Notes: generated by a model not told the origin, from the letters alone. 64,000 bases of DNA from Candidatus Spongiisociaceae bacterium (GCA_965202665.1 OZ241841.1:2432001-2496000), one strand, 5' to 3'. Shown: positions 31,401 to 39,406, counted from the first letter of the stretch. Translations and numbers: made by a program.

Positions 31401-34400
31401 CGAATTCTTTCACCATCCCGGGCGCAGCCGTTGACCATGACGGCGACGGCGGTGACTCAACTGCGATGCCCCCAGTTCCTGGGACCGACCCCAGGGTTAT
31501 TTCTTATTCGTTGGTTCCGGCCACGCTAACTGGGTTGACAATTGTGGATGATACGATTGTGGAGGGCCCGGAGACGTTTTTGGTGAACGGTACGTCTTCG
31601 TTGGGGGCGGTTACGGCGGCGACGGTGATTATTGGGGATGATGATGTTGATGTGGATTTGTCGGTGTCTCCGTCGTTGGTGGCGGAGGGGGCGGGGGCGC
31701 AGACGATTACGGTTACCGCTCGTTTCAAGGGTTCTAGTACTGTGTTGACGGAGGCGGTGGATGTGACGGTGCAGGTGGCGGGCGCGTCGGGCGGCGCGGC
31801 GTTGGCGACTGCGCCGTGTCCGCAGATGTCGGGGGATGCTTGTACGGATAAGACGGATAATCGGTTTACGGTTACTATTCCGGCGGGGTCGTTGTCGGCT
31901 AACGGAACGTTCCAGTTGACCGCCCGCGACGACAACGTCGCCGAGGGGGCCGAGGCTTTGACCGTGAGCGGTTCGGCTATGGTGGGGGGTTTGGCGGTGC
32001 AAGTGGAGTCGGCCACGGTTAACGTGGTGGATCGGGGTATTGAGTTGTCGGTTAGCAGCGGTGGGTCGGCGTTGACCGGGTTGGGGGAGGACAGCGGTTC
32101 CACCACCGTACGGGTAACCGCCACCCTCCCCGCCGCGTCGAGTACGCCGGTGATAGTGGGAGTGAACGTGACGGGCGGGTCCGCCACTTTGGACGACAAC
32201 AGCGTGTTCGTAGCGGGGGAGGACTTCCGGGTCACCTATCCGCAGGGCGCTCCGCCGGCGGGTTATGGGATGGGAATTTCCATTCCCGCGGGACGGGCCA
32301 GCGGCTGGGCGGATATTGTGGTGGTGGTAAACGACGACCAGGTAGCGGAAGGGGCGGCGGAGACGATATCCGTGGATGGGGCGGTGGCGAGCGGGAGCGT
32401 GCTGACGGTGGTGGACACCGCTTTTGAGATCACCGACAACGACTCGGGTATAACCCTGAGCGTAACCGCCGACGCGTTGGAGGAAGACGGCGACGGGAGA
32501 GCGGCCCGGGTTACCGCTTCTTTGGCGGGAACCACGTCGCAGATCGGGGTCGCCACCGTCGTAACGTTGTCGTTCGCGGCGGGGGCTGGTACGGAAGCGG
32601 CTGATTTCACCGCCCCTGGGGCTGGCAGTGAGATTACGGTGACTATCCCGGCTGGTTCGGTCAGCAGTTCCTCCACCGCTCTGACCGGTTTGGGTATAAC
32701 CGATGACGCTATCGCCGAGGTGGGGGAAACCATCCAAGTGGGGGGAACCACCCCGGGTTTGTCGGTTACTCCCGCTTCGTTGACTATTCAGGACGATGAT
32801 TCGGTGATAGTCCTGACCGCTTCCGCGGCGGCGGCGGAAGGCGGAACCGGTTCGGGGATTACCGTGTCAGCCGCTTTCCAATCCGGAACCACCTCCTCCG
32901 AAATCACTACCGCTACTGCGGTGGCTCTCACCGTGGGGGACGGAACCGCGGTCAGTCCCGCCGACTACCAAAACAGCGGAACGTACACCGTGACCATCCC
33001 CGCCCAAGCGACCGGCGCTGCCGCCGGAACGGCCCTGACTGGGCTGACTGTGAAACATGATGATATAACCGAAGGGGAGGAGACGATCATTATCAGCGGA
33101 ACTTCCACTTTGGGCGCCGCTGCTTCCGCTGTGTTGGCGGTCGCCGACGCCGACACCGCCCTCACCATCAGCGCTACCCCCGATCTGCTGGTGGAAAGAC
33201 CCAACCATTACATTGTGAGCGTCACCGCCGCCTTCGACAATGTTTCCTCTTCCGCCCGTACTGCGGCTGTTCCGGTGACGGTCACCCTCGCCGACGACAC
33301 CGCCACCCACGGCACCGGCAACGACTGGTACACCAACCTGCCTTCCAACCGGCAGCTGACGGTGAACATCCCCGCCGGACGGACCAGCGGCACAGCCACT
33401 TTCCGCATCGTTGCCCGCGCTGACAGCACAGGTGAACCCTTAGAGCGGGTTTCCCTCACCGGCGCCGCGCAGGTAGACGGCTCTGCGGTGACCGCTACCG
33501 CCGCCCGGTTGGAAATTGTCGACCAAGGGGTGACTCTGGGCTGGGCCAACAACACTGGCAGTGCGATAACCGCTATCGATGAGGACAGCGGAACCACCAC
33601 CTTGCGGATAACTGCTTCCATACCCGTGGTGGCCCCCGCCGGTGGCGCTGTCATAGGGGTGGACATCGCAGATGACGGCACCGCCGTCGCCGCCGTTGCT
33701 TCCACCGGTTTCGGAACCGGGGAGGATTACCGCATCTCCCTGCCCTCCAGTCCCGCCCCGCCCGCCGGATACGACCTAGCCGTCGCCATCTCCGCCGGGG
33801 AAACCAGCGGCCACACGACGGTTACGTTGCAGGTAAACGACGACAACACCGCCGAGGGGGCGTCGGAGGGGGCTGACCCGGAAACTATCCACATCGAAGG
33901 CGGTACCCTGACTTTGGGCGGATCTACTCTGCCGGTGGTGGGGGCCAACCTGAATATCACCGACGACGACCAAGCCCCCGATGAAATAACCATCACTCTG
34001 CAAACCCCCGGCGGGGCCGACCTTACCCAAATATTTGAAACAGACGCCTCCACTCCGGTGGTCGTAAAAGCCGCCTACCAGGGCGACAACACTCTGCCCC
34101 ACTCGGTGATCGTCCCCTTGGGAGTATCCAAAACCGGCGACACCGCCATACCCGCCGAGGACTACAAGGACGTAACCTCGCCCCCCTCCATTACCATCCC
34201 CGCCTACCAAACGCAAGGAACCGCCCGCTTCGACCTGGAAGCCATCGACGACGATGACCCGGAAAGCCCCGAAACGATCACCGTACGAGGCGACCCCGAC
34301 GACACCCTGACCGCCTTCACCGTCGGTGAAGACACCCTAACCCTCGTCGATGACGAAAGCGCCGTAACCCTCTCCCTGGATGTCACCCAGGCCCCCGAAG

Positions 34401-35905
34401 GAACCCGCCAAAATGTTACCGTGAAAGCCGCCTTCTCGGCCGGCGTCGCCCAAACCGCTCAGAAAACCATCCGAGTAACCGTAAACAACGGAACCGCCAC
34501 CGCCGGAGAAGACTATCAAACCCATGCCCCGTTCGATATCAGAATCCCCGCCAACAGCAACTACGCCACCACCAACATTACCCTAAACCTCACCCCCGAC
34601 GACCGCATCTACGAAGGCGACGAAACCCTGGAACTGACCGGATCGCACTCCCAGTTCACCGTCAGACCCGTCACCTTCACCATCACCGAAAACGACGCCC
34701 AACCCAACCGCATCACCCTATCTGCCAGCCCCAACCAAATAAACGAAGGCCAAACCGCAAACGTAACCATCACCGCCTCCCTCGGCTCAGTCGCTCTAAA
34801 AGAAGCCATAGAAGTTACCGTCACCCTGGGAACCGGAGAATCTTACCAACCCGGCCCCGGCACCACCCGCACCATCCGCATCCCCGCCGGCCAAACCAGC
34901 GGAAGCACCCGGATAGACATACAAATAACCGAAGACCCCACCCAAGAGAACGCCAAACGAATCCCCATAACAGGCGACACCGCCGGATTCACCGTCACCG
35001 ACACCGTTATCACCATCCCCGCCAACGACGCCCCCCCTGTCACCACCACCCCCACCCCCACCGGCGGCGGCGGAGGAGGAGGGGGCGGCGGCGGCGGTGG
35101 CGGTGGCGCCCCAGCCCCGCCCCCCGCAGGAGGCGGAGGGGGAGGGGGAGGCGGAGGTGGAGGTGGTGGAGGCGCCCCAGCCCCACCCGCAGGCGGCGGA
35201 GGGGGAGGGGGAGGAGGAGCCCCGCCCCCCGCGGCCGGAGGAGGAGCCCCGCCGCCCGCCGGTCCCGCCCCGCCGGTGGCGCCGCCGCCCGCGCCGGTGG
35301 CCTGCCAGGGACGGTTCTGCGATGACGACGGCAGCGTCCACGAACCAAACATCGCGCTGATGGCCGAATGGGGAATAACCATCGGATGCGACGCCAACGA
35401 TCCCACCAAATACTGCCCCAGCGCCCAAATCACCCGCAGGCAAATGGCCACCTTCATCTACCGCGCAGTCAACCCCCGCTGGCCCATCCAAATCCCCACC
35501 GGCATAGAAATCAACGACGTCCCCGCCGACGCCAGCTACCGCCCCTACGCCGACTGGCTGGTAAGCATCGGGGCCTTCCAACTGAACGACGGGAACTTCA
35601 ACCCCCGGGGCATAGTAACCCGAGTCGACATGGCGGTGATGATGGTAGCCGCTTTCCCCCACATCCAAGCCGTAACCGAATCCCAAAACCTGTTCGCCGA
35701 CACCGGCAGCTTGGACGCGGCGGTGGTGCGGGCCATCGAAGGCATCGCCGAAAGCGAAGTGACCAGAGGATGCACCACCACGCCCCCCCTAAGGTACTGC
35801 CCCAACAACCCAGTAACCCGGGCGCAGATGGCATCCTTCTTCGTAAGAGTAATCAACCAAGCCCCCGCCGCCACCACCGACGACGCCGCAGGCGCAAGTT
35901 CATAA
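22484..35905 (+). CDS. Giant (~4,470 aa) secreted surface protein: Calx-beta/Ig-like repeats, Gly/Pro linker, C-terminal SLH domains
   Basis: Signal-peptide-like N-terminus (RVLGLGLAVVLVVGLLPLVPVGVEG); GGAGG before ATG 22484; many TIPAG..SG, DD..VEGPETF and TIVDDD motifs; C-terminal FCDDDGSVHE..I..MAEWGITIGC...YCP..ITRRQMATF SLH repeats. Confidence 0.88.
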   Translation: MGRMSGLGSVGGVWGRVLGLGLAVVLVVGLLPLVPVGVEGQTRTISFRITDRNNNPVSAVTENAGDLRLRLHMDISPAAHKGGSVYFNTGGSATRHTDYGFGYADQCCISAGNWYSHVQDNSWLSWGTGDTHKSVDFTLRMVDDRLFEYYESFKIVRGTATDGFTYANSEVGLSVIDQDRRLGVSYSVSEVGESAAGQWRSGTVTLSRGDVSSGVFVPATANWTTYGVNPLQVKVVDGSAKNEVAGVTDERRDFVFSHFNDVVVANRRIVSVAKGQVSGTVGDVGFRVLSEVGERVAEPPEVFYVTVDTSPVWGAPVTIVDDDVTIALSSSSSNSSFAGFAESDIPQPVTVTARFLHAARSVIPTDTVVNVSVKSFSDSPVLTGGGAVVSSGACPQTSGDVCLDVGNSFTVTIPAGQVSGSRTVLMTARDEGGTAEGVEGVGLDGSASVGGEAVFVYGHAIRVYDAADAKVIGLSLHEAATGEAGLSSVGEGVGKAVRVRATMAGSWQSVWESRYSRVVWVTPGSVSGSATLGSCSGSGQSRVCTGDFGRSAGEVSVRMGSDDSATVGDVTITTYDDTVTEDGESVVFWGRSNSQWVVAPAMLTINDGDRYVDLSVSPSTVAEPASGNTRNDMRLTARFGQMVGNVFVPSTSSTHSSSFTSRLYFRDQSATQEDDQGNVDDFYQIGFSFRDISIAAGSVSGSVTWPFNFYADNKAEGTEDFRFEWGNSQVAGYSLSPNPNVYITDPDSALNLSIDADGGTTGVQPLREGESLSGAVGVAAFSAGSSTIGSATSVVLSAGLGAPGAGVASAVDFTYAPASPNTVSVAANSVSGSAALGGLAVVDDGVVEGPETFVLSGVVTGVAGVSAADSSVTIVDDDADIDLTVSESSVLEGAGEQAITVRAAFRGSSSVLTAATDVTVTLASAASGGAVLSSAVCPQTSGDVCSDKTNNQFTVSIPAGATSGSATLRLTARDDGNAEGGEGLVLSGTASVGGAAVAVASAEISVFDPGQAIDLSLTDTAQTPVALTAVGEDGGARVVRVTATAPAAVSAETVVSVTVGAAGGSADPQSCAGSGQNEVCTGGDYAKSDPATITIPSGGTSGSVDVTVTPLEDTISEENETIRVGGSAGGYAVRGADLEITDQDRTVGIGVGEGEASYGEGGDPQSGWATRSQCMTSAPFSRTVTGRLGGLSAEGVFTASTSSTLGSNVRGRVRTVDGTATYNQDYSSDGFAVDTMPTAWEFITIAAGSTSGTATVQLVSCVDDVAEGDETYQMTISSLPAGFGADPQLMTVTDDDSRPGLRGSVSEDAGGTVGVEAFLPAGSSELTDPLVVSLTSVIADSAGTADFSYPSPAPVLLTIPAGSTSVSGAIPGLAITDDGSVEGPERLTLGGTDASGAAVSGSLAIVDDDAVIDVLVSPAEVLEQAAAQQIGVTARFRGETSALTAATAVTVTLAGAQNGATLAAACPATSEDACTDQANNQFTISIPAGSVEASGSFMLTARSDNAADNDEDLTVSGAATIGGEAAVVEGTELTIYDPGRSIALSFTDTASTPVPLVDVGEDGGAKVIRVVASAPVAPTSAVVVDVVVGAEGTTAGAGDYSSSSDRVSVTIAANDTSGTADVTITPASDTITEDLEIIRFAGSATGYAVVANDLVIQDQDRAVKVMAAEGDLVVREPREGEALTNQYNGILKFFRGMTAVLGGVSGGVFTPSTSSTYSSNLGMRVRVDAGSATVGGQTSTTDDIFHEHGEADDPLEVTINAGALSGNVNIVYAPTAVPVVAVLKDTVAEPDQIFYFRPAVPSGWTAVRETITIQDSNQIAITVDTDSATGTQTTLAEGATGSGVTVSAAYYNATTSVIASATNVTLSAAAPTPAGAGKAVAADFTYTPATPNTITFPANNATPSATATLTGLTVTDDAIVEGPETITISGSSPLGDATPATITIVDDDDDITLSVFPASVAEGSGTQTITVTAAFAGTTSALTAATDVTVTVASASSNGATLAACPSSTTDVCVTGLTSSQLTVTIPAGETSGAATFQLTARDDTTADDDEKLTVTGSATVGGATATVTGTEMSMRDPGRAITLSFTDTAQTPAALTAVEEDGGAQTVRVVATVGTAPTADTDVTVTVGATGGTATLGTLGDYLRSAGEATVTIAANDTSGTADVTITPVQDRVTEDHETIRFAGAATGYAVVPADLQIIDQDRVIKFTLNPDTIDEWASRRSSVVSDGTATLGGTSGGVFTPSTSSTYSSNMNLQAWSPEGSGNSQNTRTIARYHVYDWESYLFYLRKYFNIPSGSLTASQDISHSVEVNNTADPDEAIKRLGARTLPAGFTQERAWIKVRDVTDSRVVFRVDTDGNTMGNQTEIAEGASGTGVEVWAGWPSGVTATRHTTPVTATLTIEEDTEPEAGEAGDADFDYAPPSPLSFTIPVKVAEDLMATPPVVGVSGLKSSSGTLAGLSVVDDSIVEGPETIAFGGTSSLGAGHPVSGELVIADDDADISLSVFPAVVAEGSGAQTITVTARFAGTSSVLTADTVVTVTVAAASSGGAVVSSAVCPQTGDDVCTDKTSNQFTVTIPAGQLLGSGSFQLTAREDSTADDEEGLTISGSAAVGGAAVEVTGTAMTVRDADKAITLTLTDTAQTPAALTEVEEDGGAQTVRITATASAAVGASPVNVTVMVGASGGDALLNTDFTRSSATATITIPAQGTSGSADVTITPLSDTITENREMIWFTGSVAGYGVVAAGLGIADQDRFIRVSPLVDRYTEPLPGGFSYTTHQVGFRADLGGVSGGVFTASTASAYSAGLNNLRVTMREGTALDYTGPCPLVSCDWRWNGNLGQVLVSIPAGSLSATLAASAFSTLQVYRYGPVAEAVETIEVVVAEPAGFTVVAGIISIVDEYDTRVALQVDTDGDTDGYQTVIREGGSGSVSVSGSFRSGTVNEVGSDVAVALSTAVEISGAGKAVAADFSYAPPSPNSFTIPGAAVDHDGDGGDSTAMPPVPGTDPRVISYSLVPATLTGLTIVDDTIVEGPETFLVNGTSSLGAVTAATVIIGDDDVDVDLSVSPSLVAEGAGAQTITVTARFKGSSTVLTEAVDVTVQVAGASGGAALATAPCPQMSGDACTDKTDNRFTVTIPAGSLSANGTFQLTARDDNVAEGAEALTVSGSAMVGGLAVQVESATVNVVDRGIELSVSSGGSALTGLGEDSGSTTVRVTATLPAASSTPVIVGVNVTGGSATLDDNSVFVAGEDFRVTYPQGAPPAGYGMGISIPAGRASGWADIVVVVNDDQVAEGAAETISVDGAVASGSVLTVVDTAFEITDNDSGITLSVTADALEEDGDGRAARVTASLAGTTSQIGVATVVTLSFAAGAGTEAADFTAPGAGSEITVTIPAGSVSSSSTALTGLGITDDAIAEVGETIQVGGTTPGLSVTPASLTIQDDDSVIVLTASAAAAEGGTGSGITVSAAFQSGTTSSEITTATAVALTVGDGTAVSPADYQNSGTYTVTIPAQATGAAAGTALTGLTVKHDDITEGEETIIISGTSTLGAAASAVLAVADADTALTISATPDLLVERPNHYIVSVTAAFDNVSSSARTAAVPVTVTLADDTATHGTGNDWYTNLPSNRQLTVNIPAGRTSGTATFRIVARADSTGEPLERVSLTGAAQVDGSAVTATAARLEIVDQGVTLGWANNTGSAITAIDEDSGTTTLRITASIPVVAPAGGAVIGVDIADDGTAVAAVASTGFGTGEDYRISLPSSPAPPAGYDLAVAISAGETSGHTTVTLQVNDDNTAEGASEGADPETIHIEGGTLTLGGSTLPVVGANLNITDDDQAPDEITITLQTPGGADLTQIFETDASTPVVVKAAYQGDNTLPHSVIVPLGVSKTGDTAIPAEDYKDVTSPPSITIPAYQTQGTARFDLEAIDDDDPESPETITVRGDPDDTLTAFTVGEDTLTLVDDESAVTLSLDVTQAPEGTRQNVTVKAAFSAGVAQTAQKTIRVTVNNGTATAGEDYQTHAPFDIRIPANSNYATTNITLNLTPDDRIYEGDETLELTGSHSQFTVRPVTFTITENDAQPNRITLSASPNQINEGQTANVTITASLGSVALKEAIEVTVTLGTGESYQPGPGTTRTIRIPAGQTSGSTRIDIQITEDPTQENAKRIPITGDTAGFTVTDTVITIPANDAPPVTTTPTPTGGGGGGGGGGGGGGGAPAPPPAGGGGGGGGGGGGGGGAPAPPAGGGGGGGGGAPPPAAGGGAPPPAGPAPPVAPPPAPVACQGRFCDDDGSVHEPNIALMAEWGITIGCDANDPTKYCPSAQITRRQMATFIYRAVNPRWPIQIPTGIEINDVPADASYRPYADWLVSIGAFQLNDGNFNPRGIVTRVDMAVMMVAAFPHIQAVTESQNLFADTGSLDAAVVRAIEGIAESEVTRGCTTTPPLRYCPNNPVTRAQMASFFVRVINQAPAATTDDAAGASS
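35040..35300 (+). repeat. Low-complexity (Gly)n-APAPPPA linker repeats
   Basis: Repeated Gly runs with APAPPPA between the repeat stalk and the SLH anchor. Confidence 0.85.
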
Positions 35906-35916
35906 CCACCCCAACC

Positions 35917-35956
35917 TATCCCGGCCTCTGCCCAACCCAGAGGCCGGGATACTTTT
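35917..35956 (+). terminator. Intrinsic terminator between convergent genes
   Basis: Perfect 14-bp stem TATCCCGGCCTCTG / CAGAGGCCGGGATA followed by CTTTT. Confidence 0.75.
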
Positions 35957-35970
35957 CCCAAACGAAAAAA

Positions 35971-36789
35971 CTAAGGAGAGCCCAGTTTCAGCCGTTTAGC
36001 CTTGCCGTACGCGGTAATTTGCGAATGGGGATGGCCGGTCGGGGATAAATGATCTCTGAGAAGGGCAAACGCCCGGTCCGGACGAACCCACATTTTCGCC
36101 AGCCGATAGTTCTTAGGATCAACGCGTATTTCTATCTCGCCAAGGTTCAGTAATCTGTCTTTTCCTTTTAGTTTGGCGGGGAAAATTATTTTTTGAGCGG
36201 GGGTCTGGGTTTTGTTATACTGTTTCGAAGTATCCGCCCCAGTATTTGCGCATATTATGTCTATTACTTCATCGGAGTCAAAAACATGAAAGTGTTTATC
36301 AGCAGGTCTGGCGGTTGATGGATCAAACGAGGGAGGTAGTATACCCAAGTACTCCACTTCTCCATCAAACAATGCTTTGTGCCAAAATGCCTTGAATACA
36401 TTTTCTTTTTGGAGTTCATCGGATAGTTCACGCATAGGAGGCTGGAGAGCCTGCTTGTAGTAGTCTCGGTTGTCGAGCATTGTTTCTCGATCTTTTGGAA
36501 AAACTCGAAGACAATCTCCAAGTAACGTCGCCACATTGCCAATGCCTTGGAGTATAGTGTTGCTATTCAAGCGAGATTCAGCATATAGGAAGACTTGCCA
36601 TGACCTTTTTCCTGACTTGACAGAGTGCCTGCCGTCATTGAAGTCGACAACATCTGTCTTACCAGTGTGAGACCCGCGAGTTACACGGCCGCCTAAAATG
36701 CCGGCATAGTCATCTTCGTTGGTATGCCCGGCCACCTTTTTCATTTGAGCCTCATCAGACTCCATACCTTTATAGCCCGGAGGTTTCAT
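35971..36789 (-). CDS. Putative type II restriction endonuclease
   Basis: Overlaps the MTase stop by 1 nt; lower GC; KTDVVD...HSVKSG resembles a PD-(D/E)xK-type core. Assignment is mainly from context. Confidence 0.65.
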   Translation of the reverse strand: MKPPGYKGMESDEAQMKKVAGHTNEDDYAGILGGRVTRGSHTGKTDVVDFNDGRHSVKSGKRSWQVFLYAESRLNSNTILQGIGNVATLLGDCLRVFPKDRETMLDNRDYYKQALQPPMRELSDELQKENVFKAFWHKALFDGEVEYLGILPPSFDPSTARPADKHFHVFDSDEVIDIICANTGADTSKQYNKTQTPAQKIIFPAKLKGKDRLLNLGEIEIRVDPKNYRLAKMWVRPDRAFALLRDHLSPTGHPHSQITAYGKAKRLKLGSP

Positions 36790-37826
36790 TAGAAGCCCTC
36801 TTTGACTATTAGCAGTTCGTGGGAATTCTTAACATGATGATAGCTGCCGTTCACGATTCTGTTCTTACCAATCCGAGTTTCCCCCTGACCCAAGGTGTAT
36901 TGCCATTCCACTTCTACAATAGTAAATCTGCTATACCATTCTCTGATTGCCTCACAATCATTGTAAGAAAGAATGAACCCGCCTTGATGGTCATAAAGCA
37001 AGTCTCGTAGCAATTCGTGGTCAAAGCCGTTATGATGAATCGGGAAGTTACGTTGCGGATAGATACCTTTGAACATACGACTGTCCCCATCCAGATAATA
37101 GGGAGGGTCGCAATACAAAAAGTCCTCTCGGTGGTTGGGAATCGTGTTTTCAAAGGAACCTGTGCCAATTTTTAGTTGCGGGCAACGAAAGGAACGAACC
37201 TTTTCCACCAAACGCTCGAAGCGAGTAACATCTTCATATATTTTTGACATCCAACCCAGGAATCCTGGTCCGTAGCTCAGATTGTGGTTAAACCAATAGT
37301 GGGCTGCCAGATCCAGGTTGTCATCAATGGGGGCAACTCCCTCCCAGTGACCTCGGAGGCGTTTCTTGACCAGAGAGTATGTGGATTTGTCGGGAGACCA
37401 TTCCAAGATGCGCTCCGCCAACCTGAGGGGGGAATAAAGTTGCTTCTGCCAATAATTGGTCAAAATATCGAAAACATCGTATCCTTGCACGCGGATGCCC
37501 AGTTCTTTGGCGCAGGCAATTTCCACCGAACCGCCGCCGAAGAACGGGGAAACCAATTTTTCCACGTTGTCCGGCATACGCTCGATGACATGACCGACCG
37601 CTAGGCTCTTCCCGCCCGCGTAGCGCAAGGGGAGGCCGTTGTAACGCCGGTAGCGATAGCGGCCCCGGCTCTGCAACTGCTGGAGGAATTCCTGTCTGTC
37701 GGTCATGGTCTGCGCGAAGAGACTAGTCGCCCCCCCGCTCCCGGCGGGTAAATCCCGGCGGGACCCCTCCCGACCCCTTCGGCGGGCGGCTTTTGCCGGC
37801 ATCGTACGGTTTTTCTCTACGGTCAT
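36789..37826 (-). CDS. DNA adenine methyltransferase (Dam/D12 class)
   Basis: LRYAGGKS, SPFFGGGS, YCDPPY, ILSYND motifs; alternative start 37706. Confidence 0.9.
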   Translation of the reverse strand: MTVEKNRTMPAKAARRRGREGSRRDLPAGSGGATSLFAQTMTDRQEFLQQLQSRGRYRYRRYNGLPLRYAGGKSLAVGHVIERMPDNVEKLVSPFFGGGSVEIACAKELGIRVQGYDVFDILTNYWQKQLYSPLRLAERILEWSPDKSTYSLVKKRLRGHWEGVAPIDDNLDLAAHYWFNHNLSYGPGFLGWMSKIYEDVTRFERLVEKVRSFRCPQLKIGTGSFENTIPNHREDFLYCDPPYYLDGDSRMFKGIYPQRNFPIHHNGFDHELLRDLLYDHQGGFILSYNDCEAIREWYSRFTIVEVEWQYTLGQGETRIGKNRIVNGSYHHVKNSHELLIVKEGF

Positions 37827-37918
37827 TCAGCCCTCCATTCGTTGATGCGCTCAAGTTAGGGAGGGGCTGTGACATTTTCAGCCAAAGCCGCAATGACTGG
37901 GAAAAACCGGCTTTTCCC

Positions 37919-38590
37919 TCAACCGATGGAGCCGCATTGCGCGATTGCGACGATTACGACGAATATCAAGACGGCGACGCCGAGGAGGCATCCGCAGGCG
38001 GCGGCTTCGGACACTTCGCTTGTCTCCGGTTCGGGTTCGGGTTCGCTTTTTAGGCTTTCTTGCATTCTTTGACGGGCGGCCTGCTCCGCCAGAAGCTCCT
38101 GCCGGGCCCGTTCCGCTAGCCGTTCTTGCCGGGCCTGTTCGGCCAAACGGGCTTGCCGGGCTTTCTCCGCCTCCTCCCGTTTTCGCCGTTGCTCGTACGC
38201 TTCAACGGTCCGCCGGGCCTGGGATACCGGCTGGGGCGGGGCGGGGCGTTGCGCCCGCCGTTCATCGTATCGTTGGATGCCCGAACCGGGGCTTCCCCTG
38301 AAATTCTTCGCCGTTCCGGGCGACGCGTAGGGCCGGGTTCGGGAAGGCCGGGTTCCCGTTTCCCGGGGATGGGCGGCTGCGTCGCCGGCGAGGGACCGGT
38401 CGTAGGTGCGGCGTCGGCCGGGGTCGGACAGCGTTTCGTAGGCCTCGTTGATTAGGTTAAATCTGGCGTGGGCATGGCGGTCGTTCGGGTTGCGGTCCGG
38501 GTGGTGGCGTTTGGCGCGGCCGCGGAAAGCCTGTTTGATTTCCTCCTGGCTTGCGGTCTGTTGCACTCCCAGAATTTCATAATGGTTCAT
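37919..38590 (-). CDS. J-domain protein with C-terminal transmembrane helix
   Basis: HYEILGV...EIKQAFR...HHPDRNP...INEAYETLSDP; C-terminal LLGVAVLIFVVIVAIAQC. Confidence 0.85.
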   Translation of the reverse strand: MNHYEILGVQQTASQEEIKQAFRGRAKRHHPDRNPNDRHAHARFNLINEAYETLSDPGRRRTYDRSLAGDAAAHPRETGTRPSRTRPYASPGTAKNFRGSPGSGIQRYDERRAQRPAPPQPVSQARRTVEAYEQRRKREEAEKARQARLAEQARQERLAERARQELLAEQAARQRMQESLKSEPEPEPETSEVSEAAACGCLLGVAVLIFVVIVAIAQCGSIG

Positions 38591-38609
38591 ATCAGGTGCG
38601 GGCTGAAAG

Positions 38610-39095
38610 TTATGCGCAGTTGGCGATGATGCGGACTATGAAAACAACGAGAACCACCAGGCCCCACAATGCGGAGATTCTGGATCCGCCGCTTCTTTTG
38701 GGTTCGGGTTTGGTTCTGACGTTTTCCCGCATTCTTTGACGGGCGGTTTCTTCCGCCTGCCGGGCTTGCCGCTCTCTTTCCTTCACCCATTGCTCGTACG
38801 AGCCGGGGGCCGGGCGGGGGGCCTCCCAGGGCGGCGTGGGCGGTGGGGGCGGGGTGGGGGTGTTGTCGTTGAGGGCAAGGCTCAGGTCGTAGGTGCGGCG
38901 CTGGTCGGGGTCGGACAGCACCTCGTAGGCCCGGTTGATCCGGTTGAATTTGGCGTGGGCCTTGGGATCGTTCGGGTTGCGGTCCGGATGGTGGCGCATG
39001 GCGCGGCGGCGGAAAGCCTGTTTGATTTCCTCCTGGCTCACCGTCTGTTTCACCCCCAGAATTTCGTAGTGGGTTTTGCGCCGCGTGGTTCTCAT
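38610..39095 (-). CDS. J-domain protein with C-terminal transmembrane helix (paralogue)
   Basis: HYEILGV...HHPDRNP...AYEVLSDP; C-terminal LWGLVVLVVFIVRIIANCA. Confidence 0.85.
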   Translation of the reverse strand: MRTTRRKTHYEILGVKQTVSQEEIKQAFRRRAMRHHPDRNPNDPKAHAKFNRINRAYEVLSDPDQRRTYDLSLALNDNTPTPPPPPTPPWEAPRPAPGSYEQWVKERERQARQAEETARQRMRENVRTKPEPKRSGGSRISALWGLVVLVVFIVRIIANCA

Positions 39096-39210
39096 CGACT
39101 CCTCATAGGTAAAGGCTGGTTGCTAATTTCGCCTGCTAGGTAAAATAGTGGTGAACGGGTGACGAAAACCGGCGGGGGAGGGGATGCCCGGCCTCGCCGG
39201 CGGTTACGGT

Positions 39211-39287
39211 TGGCATGCGTGGAGGGACTCGAACCCCCATCTTCCGGTTTTGGAGACCGACGCTTTACCCGATTAAGCTACACGCAC
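39211..39287 (-). tRNA. tRNA-Trp(CCA)
   Basis: Reverse strand: acceptor GTGCGTG/CACGCAT, anticodon arm TCGGT-ctCCAaa-ACCGG, GTTCGAGTC, encoded CCA; TTGACA-N18-TAAACT upstream. Confidence 0.92.
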
Positions 39288-39406
39288 CCGAAACGAACGG
39301 GTCGCTCGGGCGGCGCCATCGGAGAAACGCACGGTTTGCCATAATCTAAAGTTTAGCGCCCAACCGCTCAACCTGTCAACCGGGCCGAGTAGTTGCCCCG
39401 CTTCCG

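Noticed and set aside
22484-35905. Diversity-generating retroelement or shufflon as the source of variable domains or antitoxin alleles
   Set aside because: No reverse transcriptase or site-specific recombinase in the window, no template/variable repeat pair with A-specific differences, and all cassettes are co-oriented.
22245-39287. Prophage or ICE between the tRNA-Ser fragment and tRNA-Trp
   Set aside because: No integrase, structural or conjugation genes, and no matching att pair seen.
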